From the NCBI RefSeq assembly GCF_963921235.1, contig NC_086098.1, positions 6,014,001-6,078,000 on the forward strand: DNA of 64,000 nucleotides, given 5' to 3'. Origin of the DNA: Mobula hypostoma (taxonomy: Eukaryota). Every line of letters begins with the position of its first letter. Positions within the stretch are counted from its first letter, which is position 1. The notes below the pieces were generated by a model. It was not told the DNA's origin and ran no database searches. It saw only the letters and a list, made by a program, of their open reading frames with translations. Position numbers and translations under genes: made by a program. Below, in pieces: positions 10,287 to 20,822 of this stretch.

Positions 10287-13191
10287 ACCTGAAGGCTTTA
10301 TGTGTCAATGCAAGGAGCATTCGTAATAAGGTGGATGAATTGAAAGTGCAGATTGTTATTAATGATTATGATATAGTTGGGATCACAGAGACATGGCTCC
10401 AGGGTGACCAGGGATGGGAGCTCAACGTTCAGGGATATTCAATATTCAGGAGGGATAGACATGAAGGAAGGGGAGGTGGGGTGGCGTTGCTTGTTAAAGA
10501 AGAGATTAACACAATAGAAAGGAAGGACATAAGCTGGGAAGATGTGGAATCGATATGGGTAGAGCTGCGTAACACTAAGGGGCAGAAAACGCTGGTGGGA
10601 GTTGTGTACAGGCCACCTAACAGTAGTAGTGAGGTCGGAGATGGTATTAAACAGGAAATTAGAAATGTGTGCAATAAAGGAACAGCAGTTATAATGGGTG
10701 ACTTCAATCTACATGTAGACTGGGTGAACCAAATTGGTAAAGGTGCTGAGGAAGAGGATTTCTTGGAATGTATGCGGGATGGTTTTTTGAACCAACATGT
10801 CAAGGAACCAACTAGAGAGCAGGCTATTCTGGACTGGGTTTTGAGCAATGAGGAAGGGTTAATTAGTGATCTTGTCGTGAGAGGCCCCTTGGGTAAGAGT
10901 GACCATAATATGGTGGAATTCTTCATTAATATGGAGAGTGAGATAGTTAATTCAGAAACAAAGGTTCTGAACTTAAAGAGGGGTAACTTTGAAGGTATGA
11001 GACGTGAATTAGCTAAGATAGACTGGCAAATGACACTTAAAGGATTGACGGTGGATATGCAATGGCAAGCATTTAAAGGTTGCATGGATGAACTACAACA
11101 ATTGTTCATCCCAGTTTGGCAAAAGAATAAATCAAGGAAGGTAGTGCACCCGTGGCTGACAAGAGAAATTAGGGATAGTATCAATTCCAAAGAAGTAGCA
11201 TACAAATTAGCCAGAGAAAGTGGCTCACCTGAGGACTGGGAGAAATTCAGAGTTCAGCAGAGGAGGACAAAGGGCTTAATTAGGAAGGGGAAAAAAGATT
11301 ATGAGAGAAAACTGGCGGGGAACATAAAAACGGACTGTAAAAGCTTTTATAGATATGTAAAAAGGAAAAGACTGGTAAAGTCAAATGTAGGTCCCCTGCA
11401 GACAGAAACAGGTGAATTGATTATGGGCAGCAAGGACATGACAGACCAATTGAATAATTACTTTGGTTCTGTCTTCACTAAGGAGGACATAAATAATCTT
11501 CCAGAAATAGTAAGGGACAGAGGGTCCAGTGAGATGGAGGAACTGAGTGAAATACATGTTAGTAGGGAAGTGGTGTTAGGTAAATTGAAGGGATTGAAGG
11601 CAGATAAATCCCCAGGGCCAGATGGTCTGCATCCTAGAGTGCTTAAGGAAGTAGCCCAAGAAATGGTGGATGCATTAGTGATAATTTTTCAAAACTCGTT
11701 AGATTCTGGACTAGTTTCTGAGGATTGGAGGGTGGCTAATGTAACCCCACTTTTTAAAAAAGGAGGGAGAGAGAAACCGGGGAATTATAGACCGGTTAGC
11801 CTAACATCGGTGGTGGGGAAACTGCTGGAGTCAGTTATCAAGGATGTGATAACAGCACATTTGGAAAGCGGTGAAATGATCGGACAAAGTCAGCATGGAT
11901 TTGTGAAAGGAAAATCATGTCTGACGAATCTCATAGAATTTTTTGAGGATGTAACTAGTAGAGTGGATAGGGGAGAACCAGTGGATGTGGTATATTTGGA
12001 TTTTCAAAAGGCTTTTGACAAGGTCCCACACAGGAGATTAGTGTGCAAACTTAAAGCACACGGTATTGGGGGTAAGGTATTGGTGTGGGTGGAGAATTGG
12101 TTAGCAGACAGGAAGCAAAGAGTGGGAATAAACGGGACCTTTTCAGAATGGCAGGCGGTGACTAGTGGGGTACCGCAAGGCTCAGTGCTGGGACCCCAGT
12201 TGTTTACAATATATATTAATGACTTGGATGAGGGAATTAAATGCAGCATCTCCAAGTTTGCGGATGACATGAAGCTGGGTGGCAGTGTTAGCAGTGAGGA
12301 GGATGCTAAGAGGATGCAGGGTGACTTGGATAGGTTGGGTGAGTGGGCAAACTCATGGCAGATGCAATTTAATGTGGATAAATGTGAAGTTATCCAATTT
12401 GGTGGCAAAAATAGGAAAATAGATTATTATCTGAATGGTGGCCGATTAGGAAAAGGGGAGGTGCAACGAGACCTGGGTGTCATTATACACCAGTCATTGA
12501 AAGTGGGCATGCAGGTACAGCAGGCGGTGAAAAAGGCGAATGGTATGCTGGCATTTATAGCGAGAGGATTCGAGTACAGGAGCAGGGAGGTACTACTGCA
12601 GTTGTACAAGGCCTTGGTGAGACCACACCTGGAGTATTGTGTGCAGTTTTGGTCCCCTAATCTGAGGAAAGACATCTTTGCCATAGAGGGAGTACAAAGA
12701 AGGTTCACCAGATTGATTCCTGGGATGGCAGGACTTTCATATGAAGAAAGACTGGATGAACTGGGCTTGTACTCGTTGGAATTTAGAAGATTGAGGGGGG
12801 ATCTGATTGAAACGTATAAGATCCTAAAGGGATTGGACAGGCTAGATGCAGGAAGATTGTTCCCGATGTTGGGGAAGTCCAGAACGAGGGGTCATAGTTT
12901 GAGGATAGAGGGGAAGCCTTTTAGGACCGAGATTAGGAAAAACTTCTTCACACAGAGAGTGGTGAATCTGTGGAATTCTCTGCCACAGGAAACTGTTGAG
13001 GCCAGTTCATTGGCTATGTTTAAGAGGGAGTTAGATATGGCCCTTGTGGCTACAGGGGTCAGGGGGTATGGAGGGAAGGCTGGGGCGGGGTTCTGAGTTG
13101 GATGATCATCCATGATCATAATAAAATGGCGGTGCAGGCTCGAAGGGCCGAATGACCTACTCCTGCACCTATTTTCTATGTTTCTATGTTT
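10287..13191 (+). mobile_element. Young CR1 LINE, 5'-truncated at the start of the ORF2 endonuclease
   Basis: Uninterrupted EN+RT ORF, 3' UTR hairpin and (TTCTATGT)n tail; no clear TSD. Confidence 0.95.
10289..13096 (+). CDS. CR1 ORF2: APE endonuclease + reverse transcriptase (open frame, native start lost)
   Basis: Frame open from LKALCVNARSIRNK; EN motifs GITETW, VYRPP, MGDFN, LDWV, SDH; RT motifs QHGF, DFQKAFD, GVPQGSVLGP, FADD. Confidence 0.9.
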   Translation: MKALCVNARSIRNKVDELKVQIVINDYDIVGITETWLQGDQGWELNVQGYSIFRRDRHEGRGGGVALLVKEEINTIERKDISWEDVESIWVELRNTKGQKTLVGVVYRPPNSSSEVGDGIKQEIRNVCNKGTAVIMGDFNLHVDWVNQIGKGAEEEDFLECMRDGFLNQHVKEPTREQAILDWVLSNEEGLISDLVVRGPLGKSDHNMVEFFINMESEIVNSETKVLNLKRGNFEGMRRELAKIDWQMTLKGLTVDMQWQAFKGCMDELQQLFIPVWQKNKSRKVVHPWLTREIRDSINSKEVAYKLARESGSPEDWEKFRVQQRRTKGLIRKGKKDYERKLAGNIKTDCKSFYRYVKRKRLVKSNVGPLQTETGELIMGSKDMTDQLNNYFGSVFTKEDINNLPEIVRDRGSSEMEELSEIHVSREVVLGKLKGLKADKSPGPDGLHPRVLKEVAQEMVDALVIIFQNSLDSGLVSEDWRVANVTPLFKKGGREKPGNYRPVSLTSVVGKLLESVIKDVITAHLESGEMIGQSQHGFVKGKSCLTNLIEFFEDVTSRVDRGEPVDVVYLDFQKAFDKVPHRRLVCKLKAHGIGGKVLVWVENWLADRKQRVGINGTFSEWQAVTSGVPQGSVLGPQLFTIYINDLDEGIKCSISKFADDMKLGGSVSSEEDAKRMQGDLDRLGEWANSWQMQFNVDKCEVIQFGGKNRKIDYYLNGGRLGKGEVQRDLGVIIHQSLKVGMQVQQAVKKANGMLAFIARGFEYRSREVLLQLYKALVRPHLEYCVQFWSPNLRKDIFAIEGVQRRFTRLIPGMAGLSYEERLDELGLYSLEFRRLRGDLIETYKILKGLDRLDAGRLFPMLGKSRTRGHSLRIEGKPFRTEIRKNFFTQRVVNLWNSLPQETVEASSLAMFKRELDMALVATGVRGYGGKAGAGF

Positions 13192-13544
13192 CTTCGTATC
13201 AGCTGCAAACTTTGCCACATAGCCATCGATTCCATTATCCAAATCATTGAGAAACAATGTGAAAAGCAGTGGTCCCAATACTGACCACTGAGGAAAACTG
13301 CCAGTCACTGGCAGCCAACCGAAAAAGGCCTCCTTTACTCCCAGTTACTGCCTCCTGCCTGTCAGCCATTCCTCTATCCATCGGAGTATCTTTCCTGTAA
13401 CACCATAGAATTTTATCTTGTTTAGGAGCCTCATGTGTGGCACCTGATCAGATGCCTTCTTAAAATCCAAACAAATGACATCCACTACCTCTCCTTTATC
13501 CACCCTACTTGTTACTTCCTTGAAGAACTCTAACATATTGAAAA

Positions 13545-15285
13545 TCATAAGACCACAAGCCATAGGAGCAAAATTAGGTCATTTGGCCCACTCAGACTTC
13601 TCTGACATTCATCATGGCCGAACTTTTTTTGCCCCCTCCTCAGCCTGTCTTCCTGCCCTACTCCCAGTAACCTTTGATGCCATGGCCAATCAAGAACCTA
13701 TCAAGCTCTGCCTTAAATATGCTCAATGACTTAGCCTCCACAGCTGCCAGTGTTAATAAATTCCACAAATTCACCACCCTCTGGCTAAAGAAATTCCTCC
13801 ATATCTCTGTTTTAAATAGACGCCCCTCTATCCTGAGGCTGTGCCCTCTTGTCCTAGACTCCCCCACCATGGGAAACATCCTTTCCACATCCTCTCTGTC
13901 TAGGCCTTTCAATATTTGAAAGGTTTCAGTGAGATCCCCTCTCATCCTTTCATTCCCAGAATCATCCTTGTGAACCTCCTCTGAATCCTCTCCAATGCCA
14001 GCACATCTTTTCTAAGATGAGGAGCCCAAAACTGTTCACAATACTCAAGGTGAGGCCTCACCAGTTCCTTATAAAGCCTCAGCATCACATCCTTGCTCTT
14101 GTATTCCAGACCTCCTGAAATGAATTCTAACATTACATTTGCCTTCCTCACCACCAACTCGACCTGCAAGTTAACCTTTGGGGTGGTCTGCACAAGGACT
14201 CCCAAGCCCTTTTGCATCTCAGATTTTTGGATTTTCTCCCCCGTTTAGAAAATAGTCCACACATTTACTTCTACTACAAAGTGAATGATTGATCATGCAT
14301 TTTCCAACATTGTATTTCATTTGCCACTTTCTTGCCCATTCTCCTACTCTAAGTCCTTTTGTAGCCTACCAATTTCCTCAACACTACCTACCTCTCCACC
14401 AATCTTTGTATCATCTGCAAATGTGGCAACAAAGCCATATATTCCATCATCTAAATCATTTATATACAGCATAAAAAGAAGCTTTCCTAACACTGACCCC
14501 TGCGGAACACCACTAGTTACTGGCAGCCAACCAGGAAAGGTTACTTTTATTCCCACTCGCTGCCTCCTACCAATCAGCCAATGCTCTAACTTTGCCAGAA
14601 ACTTTCCTGTAATACCATCGACTCTTAACTTGCTAAGCAGCCTCGTATGTGGCACCTTGTCAAAGGCCTTGTCAAAGATCTGTCAGGCAAGGTTTCCTTT
14701 TACAGAAACCATGCTGACTTTAACTTATTTTATCATTAGTCTCCAAGTACCCTAAAACCTCATCCTGAATAATAGACTCCAACACTTTCCTAGCCACTGA
14801 GGTCTGGCTAACTGGTCTATAATTTCCTTTCTTTTGCCTTCCTCCCTTCTTAAAGAGTGGAGTGACATTTGCAATTTTTCTGTCCTCTGGGACCATGCCA
14901 GAATCAAGTGATTCTTAAAAGATCATGACCAATGCATCCGTTATCTCTTCAACAACCTCTCTCAGGACTCTGGGATGTTGTCCATCCATTCCTGGAGTCT
15001 TATCCACTTATGACCTTTGAGTTTGCCTAGCATTTTTTCTTTTGTAATAGCAATAGCTTTCACTCCTGCTCCCTAACACTCACGGACCTCTGGCACACTG
15101 CTGGTGGCTTCCACTGTGAAGACTAAGGCAAAGTCCACATTAAGTTTATCCGCCATTTCTTTGACCCCTTCACAAACGCATCAGCATCATTCTCCAGTGG
15201 TCCAATCACCATCCATTTACTCTTTATGTAACTCAAAAGCTTCTGGTATTCTGCTTTATATTATTGGCTAGTTTGCCCTCATACT
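13545..15285 (-). mobile_element. Degenerate CR1 LINE (RT to 3' UTR)
   Basis: Minus ORFs 13658..13945, 13942..14217 and 14344..14655 (GVPQGSVLG, FADDTK). Confidence 0.88.
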
Positions 15286-17925
15286 AGCATCTTGCTGCAC
15301 ATTTACAGATTGTCAGGTATGATGTTGTATCCATCACTGAATGGTGGCTGAAGATGGTTGTAGTTGGGAGCTAAATGTCCGAGGTTACGCGTTGTATCAG
15401 AGGGATAGGTAGGTAGCAAGATGGGGTTGGCGTGAGTCTGCTGGTAAAGAATGGTATCAAATCAGTAGAAAGATGTGACATAGGGTTGGAAAATGTTGAA
15501 TCCTTATGGGTTGAATAAAGAAACTGCAAGGGTAAAACAACCCTGATGGCAGTTATATACAGGCCTCCCAACAGTAGCTGGGATGTGGACCGCAGAATAC
15601 AACAGGAAATAGAAAAGGCATGTCAAAAGGGCAATGCTATGATAATCATGGGATGTTGCAACATGCAGGTCAATTAGGAAAATCAGGTTAGTAATTGACC
15701 TCGAGAGAGCGAATTTGTAGAATGCCTATTTGATGGCTTTTTGGAGCAGTTTGTCAATGAGCCGAGCAGGGGATCAGCTGTACGGAATTGGGTGTTATGT
15801 AATGAACTGGAGGTGATTAGGCAGCTTTCGGTAAAGGAACCCTTAGGAGACAGTGATCACAATATGATTGAGTTCAACTTGAAATTTGATAGGGAGAAAG
15901 TAAAATCTGACATAGAAGTATTTCAGTGAAGTAAAGGATATTACAGAGTTATGACAGAGGAGTTGGCCAAAGTAAATTGGGGAAGGGGAAGCTGGCAGAA
16001 ATGACAGCAGAGCAGCAATGGCGTGAGTTTCTGGGGAAAAATGAGGAATGTACAGGATAGATATATTTCAAAAACAAAGAAATACTCAAATGGCAAAACA
16101 GTATAACCATGGCTGACAAGGAAAGTCAAAGCTAATGTAAAAGCAAAGAGAGTGCATAAAACAATGCAAAAATTAGCAGGAACATGGAGGATTGTGAAGC
16201 TTCTAAAACCCTCTAGAGAACAACAAAAATAATCATTGGGGGGAAAAGATGAAATATGAAAGCAAGCTAGCAAACAATATTAAGATGGATAGAACAAACT
16301 TTTCCAAGTAAAAACAGAGAGATGAGAATGGATATAGGTCCTTTAGAAAATAAGGCCAGAGAAATAATAACAGGGGACAAGAAGATGGCAGATGAACTAA
16401 ATGTGTATTTTGCATCAGTATTCACTGTGGAAGACACTAGCAGTGTGCCAGGTGTTGAAGGGTGTGAGGGAAGAGTAGTGAGTTCTGTTACTGTTATAAG
16501 GGAGAAGGTGCTTAAAAAGCTGAAAGACCCAAAGGCACAAAAGTCAACCGGGCCAGATAAACTGCACTCTAGGATTCTGAAAAATGTAGTGGTCGAGATT
16601 GTGGAGGCATTAGTAATCATCTTTCAAGAATCATGGTGCCAGAGGACTGGAAAATTGAAAATCTCTCTCCACTCTTTAAGAAAGGAGGAAGGCAGCAGAA
16701 AGGAAATTACAGAGCAGTTGGCCTGACCTCAGTGGTTGGGAAGATGCTGGAGTCACTTCTTTTACTTTGTCAAATAGAAGACCGGTGGCCAGAGTCATTT
16801 AAGTGTGAATGAATCATCTATTTAAGGATGAGGTTATGGGGTACTTGGCTATGCAGGACAAGATAGGACAAAGTTGGCATCGTTTCCTCAGGGGAAGATT
16901 TTGCCTGATAAACCTCCTTGAATTCTTTTAGGAGACTGCAAGTAGGATGAATAATGTGGATGCAGTGGATGTTGTATATTTGGATTTTCAGAAAGCCTTT
17001 GACAAGGTGCTACAAATGAGACTGCTTACTAAGTTAAGGGCCCATGGTATTACAGGTAGGCTACAGAAGGACTTAGACAGATTAGGAGAATGAGCAAGGA
17101 AGTGGCAAGTGAAATGCAATGTTGGAAAATGCACGGCCATGCACTTTGGTAGAAGAAATAAATGTGCAAACAATTTTCTAAATGTGGAGAAATTCCAAAA
17201 CTATAAGATGCAAAGGGACTTAGGAGTCCTTGTGCAGACCTCCTTAAAGGTTAACTTGCAGGTAGAGTTGGTGGTGAGGAAGGCAAATGCAATTCATTTC
17301 AAGTGGTCTGGAATCCAGGAGGAGGGATGTGATGCTGAGGCTTTATAAGGCATGGGTGAGGCTTCACCTTGAGTATTGTGAACAGTTTTGAGCTCCTCGT
17401 CGAAGAAAAGATGTGCTGGCATTGGAGAGGGTTCAGAGGAGGTTCACAAGGATGATCCCAGGAATAAAATGGTTATCATACGAGGAACGTTAGATGGCTC
17501 TGTATCTTACTAGAATTTAGAAGGATGAGGGGGATCTCATTGAAACCTTTTGAATGTTGAAAGGCCTTGACAGAGTAGATGTGGAAAGGATGTTTCCCAT
17601 GGTGGGAGAGTCTGAGACAAGAGGACACAGCCTCAGTGTAGAGTGACATCTATTTAAAACAGAGATGCACAGAAACTTCTTTAGCCAGAGGGTGGTGAAT
17701 TTTTGGAATTTGTTACCACAGGCAGCTGTGGAGCCCAGTTCATGAAACATATTTAAGGCAGTTCTTGATAGGTTTTTGATTGGCCATGGCATCAAAGTTT
17801 ACAGGGAGAAGACCGAGAGGTGAGGCTGAGGAGGGGAAAAATGATCAGCCATGATTGAATGGCGGAGCAATCTTGATGGACCAAATGGCTGAGTTCTGCT
17901 CCTAAGTCTTATGGTCTTATAGTCT
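15286..17925 (+). mobile_element. Degenerate CR1 LINE ORF2 (EN to 3' UTR, internal deletion)
   Basis: EPLGDSDHNMIEF (15741..), ELNVYFASVFT (16322..), tail TCTTATGGTCTTAT. Confidence 0.88.
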
Positions 17926-18452
17926 AACATGATGCGAGGTACAAGAGTGTCTGTACATCAATGACTGACAAGAAATGATAAAGTAGTGGTGGTGGGTTAG
18001 TGGGTGGAGGTGTTGATCAGCCTTACTACTGGGGAATGGAACTGCTTTTGAGTCTGGTAGTCCTGGTGCAAAATTATTTCAACATATTCCAAAGACAGCA
18101 GGTGCAAATGCAGCTTTTTAATTCAGCCTTTGTCCAAAAATAGGCAACTTATTTGCTTCGAATGGGAATTCATTCTAATTGTCAAGTGACATAGAAGCCA
18201 TGGAAAAAGGGGAGGAATTCTCATGTAAAAATCATAAAATACCAGTAAAATTAAGTGAGAAAAGAACAAAAACATATGCATTTTCATATCCATTTATACA
18301 AAAACCTAATCACTACAGTTTAGCAACTTTATGAGCAACTTGGACTAAAGCAGACATTTTCTGTTCAAATTCTGCTTCCTTGTAAAATTCATGCATAATT
18401 TATGTTTCAAAATTCAAAATTTAGTTGAAAGTCAATTTATCATCAATGCACA

Positions 18453-20822
18453 TATAGAAACATAGAAACATAGAAAATAGGTGCAGGAGTAGGCCATTCG
18501 GCCCTTCGAGCCTGCACCGCCATTTATTATGATCATGGCTGATCATCCAACTCAGAACCCAGCCTTCCCTCCATACCCCCTGACCCCTGTAGCCACAAGG
18601 GCCATATCTAACTTCCTTTTAAACATAGCTAATGAACTGGCCTCAACAGTTTGCTGTGGCAGAGAATTCCACAGATTCACCACTCTCTGTGTGAAGAAGT
18701 TTTTCCTAACCTCGGTCCTAAAAGGCTTCCCCTCTATCCTCAAACTGTGACCCCTCGTTCTAGACCTCCCCAATATCGGGAACAATCTTCCTGCATCTAG
18801 CCTGTCCAATCCCTTTAGGATCTTATACGTTTCAATCAGATCCCCCCTCAATCTTCTAAATTCCAACGAGTACAAGCCCAGTTCATCCAGTCTTTCTTCA
18901 TATGAAAGACCTGCCATCCCAGGAATCAATCTGGTGAACCTTCTTTGTACTCCCTCTATGGCAAAGATGTCTTTCCTCAGATTAGGGGACCAAAACTGCA
19001 CACAATACTCCAGGTGTGGTCTCACCAAGGCCTTGTACAACTGCAGTAGTACCTCCCTGCTCCTGTACTCGAATCCTCTCGCTATAAATGCCAGCATACC
19101 GTTCGCCTTTTTCACCGCCTGCTGTACCTGCATGCCCACTTTCAATGACTGGTGTATAATGACACCCAGGTCTCGTTGCACCTCCCCTTTTCCTAATCGG
19201 CCACCATTCAGATAATAATCTGTTTTCCTATTTTTGCCACCAAAGTGGATAACTTCACATTTATCCACATTAAATTGCATCTGCCATGAGTTTGCCCACT
19301 CACCCAACCTATCCAAGTCACCCTGCATCCTCTTAGCATCCTCCTCACTGCTAACACTGCCACCCAGCTTCGTGTCATCCGCAAACTTGGAGATGCTGCA
19401 TTTAATTCCCTCATCCAAGTCATTAATATATATTGTAAACAACTGGGGTCCCAGCACTGAGCCTTGCGGTACCCCACTAGTCACCGCCTGCCATTCTGAA
19501 AAGGTCCCGTTTATTCCCACTCTTTGCTTCCTGTCTGCTAACCAATTCTCCACCCACACCAATACCTTACCCCCAATACCGTGTGCTTTAAGTTTGCACA
19601 CTAATCTCCTATGTGGGACCTTGTCAAAAGCCTTTTGAAAATCCAAATATACCACATCCACTGGTTCTCCCCTATCCACTCTACTAGTTACATCCTCAAA
19701 AAATTCTATGAGATTCGTCAGACATGATTTTCCTTTCACAAATCCATGCTGACTTTGTCCGATCATTTCACCGCTTTCCAAATGTGCTGTTATCACATCC
19801 TTGATAACTGACTCCAGCAGTTTCCCCACCACCGACGTTAGGCTAACCGGCCTATAATTCCCCGGTTTCTCTCTCCCTCCTTTTTTAAAAAGTGGGGTTA
19901 CATTAGCCACCCTCCAATCCTCAGGAACTAGTCCAGAATCTAACGAGTTTTGAAAAATTATCACTAATGCATCCACTATTTCTTGGGCCACTTCCTTAAG
20001 CACTCTGGGATGCAGACCATCTGGCCCTGGGGATTTATCTGCCTTCAATCCCTTCAATTTACCTAACACCACTTCCCTACTAACATGTATTTCGCTCAGT
20101 TCCTCCATCTCACTGGACCCTCTGTCCCTTACTATTTCTGGAAGATTATTTATGTCCTCCTTAGTGAAGACAGAACCAAAGTAATTATTCAATTGGTCTG
20201 CCATGTCCTTGCTCCCCATAATCAATTCACCTGTTTCTGTCTGCAGGGGACCTACATTTGTCTTTATCAGTCTTTTCCTTTTTACATATCTATAAAAGCT
20301 TTTACAGTCCGTTTTTATGTTCTCTGCCAGTTTTCTCTCATAATCTTTTTTCCCCTTCCTAATTAAGCCCTTTGTCCTCCTCTGCTGAACTCTGAATTTC
20401 TCCCAGTCCTCAGGTGAGCCACTTTCTCTGGCTAATTTGTATGCTACTTCTTTGGAATTGATACTATCCCTAATTTCTCTTGTCAGCCACGGGTGCACTA
20501 CCTTCCTTGATTTATTCTTTTGCCAAACTGGGATGAACAATTGTTGTAGTTCATCCATGCAACCTTTAAATGCCTGCCATTGCATATCCACCGTCAATCC
20601 TTGAAGTGTCATTTGCCAGTCTATCTTAGCTAATTCATGTCTCATACCTTCAAAGTTACCCCTCTTTAAGTTCAGAACCTTTGTTTCTGAATTAACTACG
20701 TCACTCTCCATGTTAATGAAGAATTCCACCATATTATGGTCACTCTTACCCAAGGGGCCTCTCACGACAAGATCGCTAATTAACCCTTCCTCATTGCTCA
20801 AAACCCAGTCCAGAATAGCCAG
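18453..20822 (-). mobile_element. Young CR1 LINE, 5'-truncated; same subfamily as 10287-13191
   Basis: 749-aa open frame almost identical to 10289..13096; same (TTCTATGT)n tail. Confidence 0.95.
18552..20801 (-). CDS. CR1 ORF2 truncated in the endonuclease; intact RT frame
   Basis: ORF track 749 aa with FADDTK and all RT motifs. Confidence 0.85.
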   Translation of the reverse strand: MSNEEGLISDLVVRGPLGKSDHNMVEFFINMESDVVNSETKVLNLKRGNFEGMRHELAKIDWQMTLQGLTVDMQWQAFKGCMDELQQLFIPVWQKNKSRKVVHPWLTREIRDSINSKEVAYKLARESGSPEDWEKFRVQQRRTKGLIRKGKKDYERKLAENIKTDCKSFYRYVKRKRLIKTNVGPLQTETGELIMGSKDMADQLNNYFGSVFTKEDINNLPEIVRDRGSSEMEELSEIHVSREVVLGKLKGLKADKSPGPDGLHPRVLKEVAQEIVDALVIIFQNSLDSGLVPEDWRVANVTPLFKKGGREKPGNYRPVSLTSVVGKLLESVIKDVITAHLESGEMIGQSQHGFVKGKSCLTNLIEFFEDVTSRVDRGEPVDVVYLDFQKAFDKVPHRRLVCKLKAHGIGGKVLVWVENWLADRKQRVGINGTFSEWQAVTSGVPQGSVLGPQLFTIYINDLDEGIKCSISKFADDTKLGGSVSSEEDAKRMQGDLDRLGEWANSWQMQFNVDKCEVIHFGGKNRKTDYYLNGGRLGKGEVQRDLGVIIHQSLKVGMQVQQAVKKANGMLAFIARGFEYRSREVLLQLYKALVRPHLEYCVQFWSPNLRKDIFAIEGVQRRFTRLIPGMAGLSYEERLDELGLYSLEFRRLRGDLIETYKILKGLDRLDAGRLFPILGRSRTRGHSLRIEGKPFRTEVRKNFFTQRVVNLWNSLPQQTVEASSLAMFKRKLDMALVATGVRGYGGKAGF

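Larger units (their letters stand above)
9820..13535 (-). mobile_element. Old CR1 fragment split by the young CR1 (pieces 9820-10286 and 13192-13535)
   Basis: Sequence is continuous across the insert (..CCTCCACCTATC|TTCGTATCAGCTGCAAAC..), corresponding to the minus-strand KFAADTK/IGG region. Confidence 0.8.

Noticed and set aside
10429..12708. Antisense ORFs (258, 134 and 93 aa) and their twins at 18934-19638 and 30209-30913
   Set aside because: Shadow frames of CR1 ORF2 that recur only because the element is repeated
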